Part shown: positions 59,906 to 64,000 of the stretch, in pieces
How the letters are laid out: every line of letters starts with the position of its first letter
Position numbering within the stretch: the first letter of the stretch is position 1
Origin: an uncultured Candidatus Saccharibacteria bacterium
GTDB lineage: Bacteria; Patescibacteriota; Minisyncoccia; Phycocordibacterales; CAZPGN01
Length of the DNA stretch: 64,000 nt
Direction of reading: 5' to 3'
Assembly (NCBI GenBank): GCA_964586635.1
Contig: CAZPGN010000002.1
Location: 17,368-81,367, forward strand
Notes under the pieces: generated by a model
What the model was told of the DNA's origin: nothing
Database searches by the model: none
The model's input: only the letters and a program-made list of their open reading frames with translations
Made by a program: the position numbers and the translations under genes

Positions 59906-59932
59906 GATGAAGGGGTCAGGAGCCTTCATTTT
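59906..59932. repeat. 27-nt hairpin element copy 2 (identical to 41511-41537); on minus strand starts uORF MKAPDPFIPKPEFR (59929 to 59885)
   Basis: exact sequence identity; same orientation relative to downstream minus-strand gene. Confidence 0.5.
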
Positions 59933-60094
59933 CTCTGCCCACTACGATCAACACGGTCTTCCTGTGGGTCTTTTTTGTTTATGATATACTTGTAATCGAC
60001 GAAGTCTTTACTCGTCGGTACTTAAGGAATATCAAAAAATATCCGCCAAAAACGAAATGAAAAAAAGTGGGGGGGGATTGAATTATCTTGATAT

Positions 60095-60406
60095 ATGCCC
60101 ATTGAGTCTTCGAAAAGTAGTGAATCCGTTGAATCCGAGATTGAGTTGACGCGCCTGGATGTTGCCGCCGAGCTTGTCCGCGCTCGAGAGGATTTGGCGA
60201 CTTTTAAGAACGAGATGGCGACAGGGGAAGCAGATCGTGAATTTTTGAAGAAGCGCATTATTGCGCTTCGAGAGGAAGGTCTTTTTTCCACGCCGATGAA
60301 TGATATCGTAGCACGCATAGAGGGAGCGGATGAAGTGTGGCGGAACATACAGTCGTGTGCCGAAGAAATTTTAAATCCTGAAAACCATGCCGAGTCCCCT
60401 CGTTGA
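60095..60406 (+). CDS. hypothetical acidic coiled-coil protein
   Basis: ORF only; upstream of ftsH. Confidence 0.35.
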   Translation: MPIESSKSSESVESEIELTRLDVAAELVRAREDLATFKNEMATGEADREFLKKRIIALREEGLFSTPMNDIVARIEGADEVWRNIQSCAEEILNPENHAESPR

Positions 60407-60551
60407 GCTCGCGATGAATCGTCTCGCAACAGGGAAAAGCCTTTCACCGAAAGAAGAGCTGGAACTCCTTCGTTTGTTCCTTGCGAGTCTCCGCAGTCTG
60501 CGCGCCGACCTAAAAGAGGCGCGCCGCATGTCGTTCATGGCCTCGCGATAA
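60387..60551 (+). CDS. hypothetical 54-aa helical protein overlapping previous ORF end
   Basis: ORF only. Confidence 0.25.
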   Translation: MPSPLVELAMNRLATGKSLSPKEELELLRLFLASLRSLRADLKEARRMSFMASR

Positions 60552-60620
60552 ATTCATTAATCTTACGAATGCGCGCGAGCTTTCCACTTTTTGATTTATG
60601 TAGTATAATTCTACAATTCT

Positions 60621-62528
60621 ATGGCCGCAAAAAAGCCAAAGCAGTCTGGATCTTCGCTTAAACAGTTCAGCAATCATCTTGTTGCCGCGCTGCTCATTTT
60701 TTTGTTGATTACTGGTCTCTATTCATTTTTAATCGAAAGCGCGCAAATCAAGGAAGAAATCCCCTTATCTCAAGTTGCCGCCGATATCATTTCTGGACAG
60801 GTTCGGCAGATTACGGTGCGCGGTGATCAGCTCGATATAGTTTTCTCTGATGAATTAACGAAGCGATCCAAGAAGGAGGCCGAAAGCTCATTTTCGGAGA
60901 CTCTTGCGGCGTATGGTATTACGCCGCAGATGCTTGCCGATGTCATAATTCGCGTTGAAAATGAGTCCGGATTTGCCTTCTGGTTTTTCAACCTCCTCCC
61001 CATTATCATTCCTCTTATTGTCGTGCTTTTCTTTTTTTGGTTTTTGTCTCGACAGGTTCGGTCGTCCGGCATGCAGGCGTTTACCTTCGGTCAATCTAAG
61101 GCGCGCATTGTCGACCCTGGAGACAAGAAGCAGAAAATTACATTCAAAGATGTCGCTGGCAATGAAGAGGCAAAGGAAGAGCTCAAAGAGATTGTTGATT
61201 TCTTAAAAAACCCCAAAAAGTTTTTAGACATCGGTGCCCGCATTCCAAAGGGCGTTCTTCTTATGGGTCCGGCTGGATCTGGAAAAACACTTCTTGCGAG
61301 AGCCGTCGCTGGTGAAGCAGGAGTGCCATTCCTCTATCTGTCGGGTTCGGAATTTGTCGAGCTCTTTGTTGGTGTTGGGGCATCGCGCGTGCGGAGCCTG
61401 TTTGAGATGGCGAAAAAATCATCCCCCGCGATCATTTTCATTGACGAGATCGATGCGGTTGGGCGGCATCGCGGCAGTGGATTGGGTGGAGGTAACGATG
61501 AACGAGAGCAGACGCTCAATCAGATCCTTGTTGAGATGGACGGTTTCGAGCCGAACGAAAAAATCATAGTGCTGTCTGCGACAAACCGCCCGGATGTTTT
61601 GGACCCCGCATTGCTTCGTCCCGGACGATTTGACCGCCGTGTTGTTATTGATTTACCCGATCTAAAAGACCGCGAAGCAATACTCAATGTGCATGCCGGA
61701 AGCAAGAAACTTGCGGAGGATGTGGATCTCACCGTAACGGCGGAGAGAACACCAGGATTTTCGGGCGCCGACCTCGCAAATCTCATTAATGAAGCGGCAA
61801 TTCTTGCGGCGCGCGAGAATCGCTCCTCGGTTAGCCAATATGACCTCATTCGTTCCATAGAAAAAGTGATGCTTGGCCCCGAGCGCAAAAGCCATATTTT
61901 CAGCGAACGTGAAAAGGAAATCGTCGCGTACCACGAGACAGGGCACGCGCTCGTCGCCTCGGTGCTCGAATATGCCGACCCTGTTCATAAAGTAACGATT
62001 ATCTCGCGCGGGCGGGCGGGCGGCTATACCCTGAAGCTCCCCCTCGAAGAACGCAGGCTCAAATCGCACAATGAATTTTTGGACGACATTGCAAGCTTGA
62101 TGGGCGGCTATGCCGCGGAAAAAATGGTATATGGGGACATTACGACCGGCCCCTCCAATGACATATCCGTGGCGACGGCTATCGCGCGAGATATGGTTAT
62201 GAAATATGGAATGTCCGAGAAAGTGGGACCGGTTTCATTCGACGAAACGACCTTTAGCCCGTATTTCGGCAGAGGGGCATTCAGTGAGAAAAATTACTCC
62301 GAGGAATATGCGGCTCGCATCGATGGGGAAGTGAAATCGGTCATGGAAGAGGGTTTCAGCCGCGCGCGCACCGTGCTTGAGAAGCACAAAGACGCGCTCG
62401 ATGCCATCGCGAAGAAGCTGAAAGAAGTGGAGACGCTGGAACGAAAAGAATTTGAAGAACAGCTTATCCTTCATGGCATCGAACCGAAGCGGAAAAAGGA
62501 AGGTGCGATCCTGGGGGGATTGGTTTGA
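60621..62528 (+). CDS. ftsH: ATP-dependent zinc metalloprotease FtsH
   Basis: N-terminal TM pair, AAA module [13 protein letters not shown] (HETGHAL). Confidence 0.95.
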   Translation: MAAKKPKQSGSSLKQFSNHLVAALLIFLLITGLYSFLIESAQIKEEIPLSQVAADIISGQVRQITVRGDQLDIVFSDELTKRSKKEAESSFSETLAAYGITPQMLADVIIRVENESGFAFWFFNLLPIIIPLIVVLFFFWFLSRQVRSSGMQAFTFGQSKARIVDPGDKKQKITFKDVAGNEEAKEELKEIVDFLKNPKKFLDIGARIPKGVLLMGPAGSGKTLLARAVAGEAGVPFLYLSGSEFVELFVGVGASRVRSLFEMAKKSSPAIIFIDEIDAVGRHRGSGLGGGNDEREQTLNQILVEMDGFEPNEKIIVLSATNRPDVLDPALLRPGRFDRRVVIDLPDLKDREAILNVHAGSKKLAEDVDLTVTAERTPGFSGADLANLINEAAILAARENRSSVSQYDLIRSIEKVMLGPERKSHIFSEREKEIVAYHETGHALVASVLEYADPVHKVTIISRGRAGGYTLKLPLEERRLKSHNEFLDDIASLMGGYAAEKMVYGDITTGPSNDISVATAIARDMVMKYGMSEKVGPVSFDETTFSPYFGRGAFSEKNYSEEYAARIDGEVKSVMEEGFSRARTVLEKHKDALDAIAKKLKEVETLERKEFEEQLILHGIEPKRKKEGAILGGLV

Positions 62529-62561
62529 TGCGTCCTCTTTTATTTCTTATACTCTGAATAT

Positions 62562-62633
62562 CCGTCCGTAGCTCAATGGTAGAGCAGTCGCCTTATACGC
62601 GATTGGTTGTAGGTTCGAGTCCTACCGGACGGA
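62562..62633 (+). tRNA. tRNA with anticodon UAU (Ile, AUA-decoding tRNA-Ile2 type); CCA not encoded
   Basis: cloverleaf folded by hand: 7-bp acceptor, GCUC/GAGC D-stem, anticodon loop CUUAUAC (U33, A37), UUCGAGU T-loop, discriminator A. Confidence 0.85.
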
Positions 62634-62669
62634 CAGGCATTTGCAAACATATCGAATCAAAGGCCCATC

Positions 62670-64000
62670 CTATTCAAAATGGGCAGTTGATGATGGGGAG
62701 GATATTCTTTCTTTCTGCAGGGGATGTTCTTTAAGGTCGGGGTCTTCGTCAAGTAGACGCGATGCTTCCGACCGCGCCGCCTCGACCAATTTCAAATTTC
62801 GTATCGCTTCCATGCCGATGTCGGAAATTCCCCATTGCTTTCGGCCAGAGAGTTCCCCGGCTCCTCTCTGTGTCAAATCGAGTTCCGCGAGCTCGAATCC
62901 ATTCTTTGCGGTTACAAGCGCGCGCAAGCGCGCGTTCGTTTTTGCGTTTCCGGAATCGGTGAATAGATAGCAATATGCCTGGTGCGAACTGCGGAGAACT
63001 CGCCCTCGAAGTTGATGCAGTTGAGCAAGACCAAATCGTTCTGCTCCCTCAATGATGATGCAGGTTGCGTTTGGCACATTGACGCCGACCTCAACGACTG
63101 ATGTCGCAACGAGAATGTGCAACTCGCCCGCGGTGAATCGCGCCATCACCGCTTCTTTATCTTTTGGCTTGAGTTTGCTGTGAACAAGTCCGATGGCAAA
63201 TTCGGGAAAGATTTTCTCTCTCAACCGCTCCAGTTCTCTTGTTGCGGAGCGGAGATTAAGGGCGGGCTCTCTTGACTCGTCGGGATCGTCGATTCTCGGA
63301 CAAATGACATATGCTTGCCGTCCGCGGACCAATTCTTCCCGTATGCGCTGATATACTTCGTCACGGCCTGATGGAGTGACGACCCGCGTCGTTACCGGCT
63401 TGCGGCCTTTCGGCATATCGTCGAGAAGTGTGAGGTCGAGGTCTCCGAAAATAGTGAGCGCGAGCGTGCGGGGAATTGGCGTAGCGGTCATCGATAGGAG
63501 GTGTGGCACACGGGAATCTTTTCGGACGAGAGAATTTCGCTGTGCGGTTCCGAATCGATGCTGTTCGTCAATAATGGCAAGTGCGAGATTCTTAAATCTG
63601 ATATGTTTTTGAATGAGTGCGTGCGTGCCAATAACAATAGGTATTTCACCGTTCGCAACCCAGTCAATAAGTTTCTTTTTTGAAATATGTGTTGAGTTCA
63701 CGGGATCTATTTTTGAGGGATACTTGCGACATTCCGAACCCGTAAAAAGGCCTACTGGTATGCCAAGGTGATGAAAATATGAAGTGAACGAGGCGAAATG
63801 CTGACGGGCGAGTATTTCGGTCGGCGCCATATAGGCGATTTGAAGCCACGCGCCTGGTTTTTTTTCTGACGCGACGATTGCATGCGCAATCGTCGCGGCG
63901 ACTGCAGTTTTTCCAGAACCAACATCGCCCTCTAGGAGGCGACACATTGGTCGGTCTTTTCCAATATCTTCCAAAATCGTTTCGATTGAGCGTTTTTGGG
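62670..64000 (-). CDS. recG: ATP-dependent DNA helicase RecG, C-terminal helicase part (N-terminus outside window)
   Basis: GDVGSGKT, TATPIPRTL, QLHQLRGRV motifs; frame open to window end. Confidence 0.8.
   Translation of the reverse strand, partial: QKRSIETILEDIGKDRPMCRLLEGDVGSGKTAVAATIAHAIVASEKKPGAWLQIAYMAPTEILARQHFASFTSYFHHLGIPVGLFTGSECRKYPSKIDPVNSTHISKKKLIDWVANGEIPIVIGTHALIQKHIRFKNLALAIIDEQHRFGTAQRNSLVRKDSRVPHLLSMTATPIPRTLALTIFGDLDLTLLDDMPKGRKPVTTRVVTPSGRDEVYQRIREELVRGRQAYVICPRIDDPDESREPALNLRSATRELERLREKIFPEFAIGLVHSKLKPKDKEAVMARFTAGELHILVATSVVEVGVNVPNATCIIIEGAERFGLAQLHQLRGRVLRSSHQAYCYLFTDSGNAKTNARLRALVTAKNGFELAELDLTQRGAGELSGRKQWGISDIGMEAIRNLKLVEAARSEASRLLDEDPDLKEHPLQKERISSPSSTAHFE

Overview
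This 64 kb window reads like a small, streamlined bacterial genome of the Candidate Phyla Radiation (Patescibacteria) type. That assignment is an inference from gene content, not a computed classification. It has dense, mostly plus-strand gene packing, weak or absent Shine-Dalgarno signals, and a ribosomal protein L30 (rpmD) gene missing between rpsE and rplO.

Housekeeping gene content, from direct reading of the six-frame translations:
- a partial recJ;
- a comEC that is split into a membrane part and a separate MBL-fold part;
- rpmB, a site-2 protease, a Pif1-type helicase and a PP2C phosphatase;
- the str operon (rpsL-rpsG-fusA ... tuf), followed by the S10 block rpsJ through rplE;
- then secA, murB, gatB, a UvrD-like helicase-nuclease, RNase J, an oligopeptide-binding protein, secG and groES/groEL;
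- the rest of the ribosomal cluster (S14 through L15, secY, adk, map) and ndk;
- a beta-CASP MBL RNase, rplT-rpmI-infC, tgt, a response regulator, smpB with an adjacent tmRNA (ssrA), ftsH, one tRNA (anticodon UAU) and a partial recG.

Observations worth a second look:
1. A YoeB/RelE-like toxin domain is translationally fused to RNase HI, behind a small translationally coupled upstream ORF.
2. A 908-aa soluble FtsK/HerA-superfamily (VirB4/VirD4-like) ATPase sits between fusA and tuf.
3. The ribosomal super-operon is broken between L5 and S14 by about 24 kb. That insertion includes a roughly 3.3 kb island with different codon usage. The island carries an N/Q-rich protein, a winged-helix-like protein next to iteron-like GGTTCAACC repeats, and its own promoters and terminators.
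4. An identical 27-nt hairpin element occurs twice. Each copy lies in the 5' leader of a minus-strand gene, and each starts a short uORF (MKAPDPFI...). One copy is followed by an intrinsic terminator, an attenuator-like layout.
5. A roughly 160-nt candidate sRNA with its own promoter and terminator lies between ndk and the beta-CASP gene.
6. An alpha/beta-hydrolase reading frame is broken at an A6 homopolymer.
7. A 42-aa extremely basic mini-protein has its own terminator.
8. infC appears to start on AUU.

No CRISPR arrays, rRNA genes or recognisable transposases were seen.
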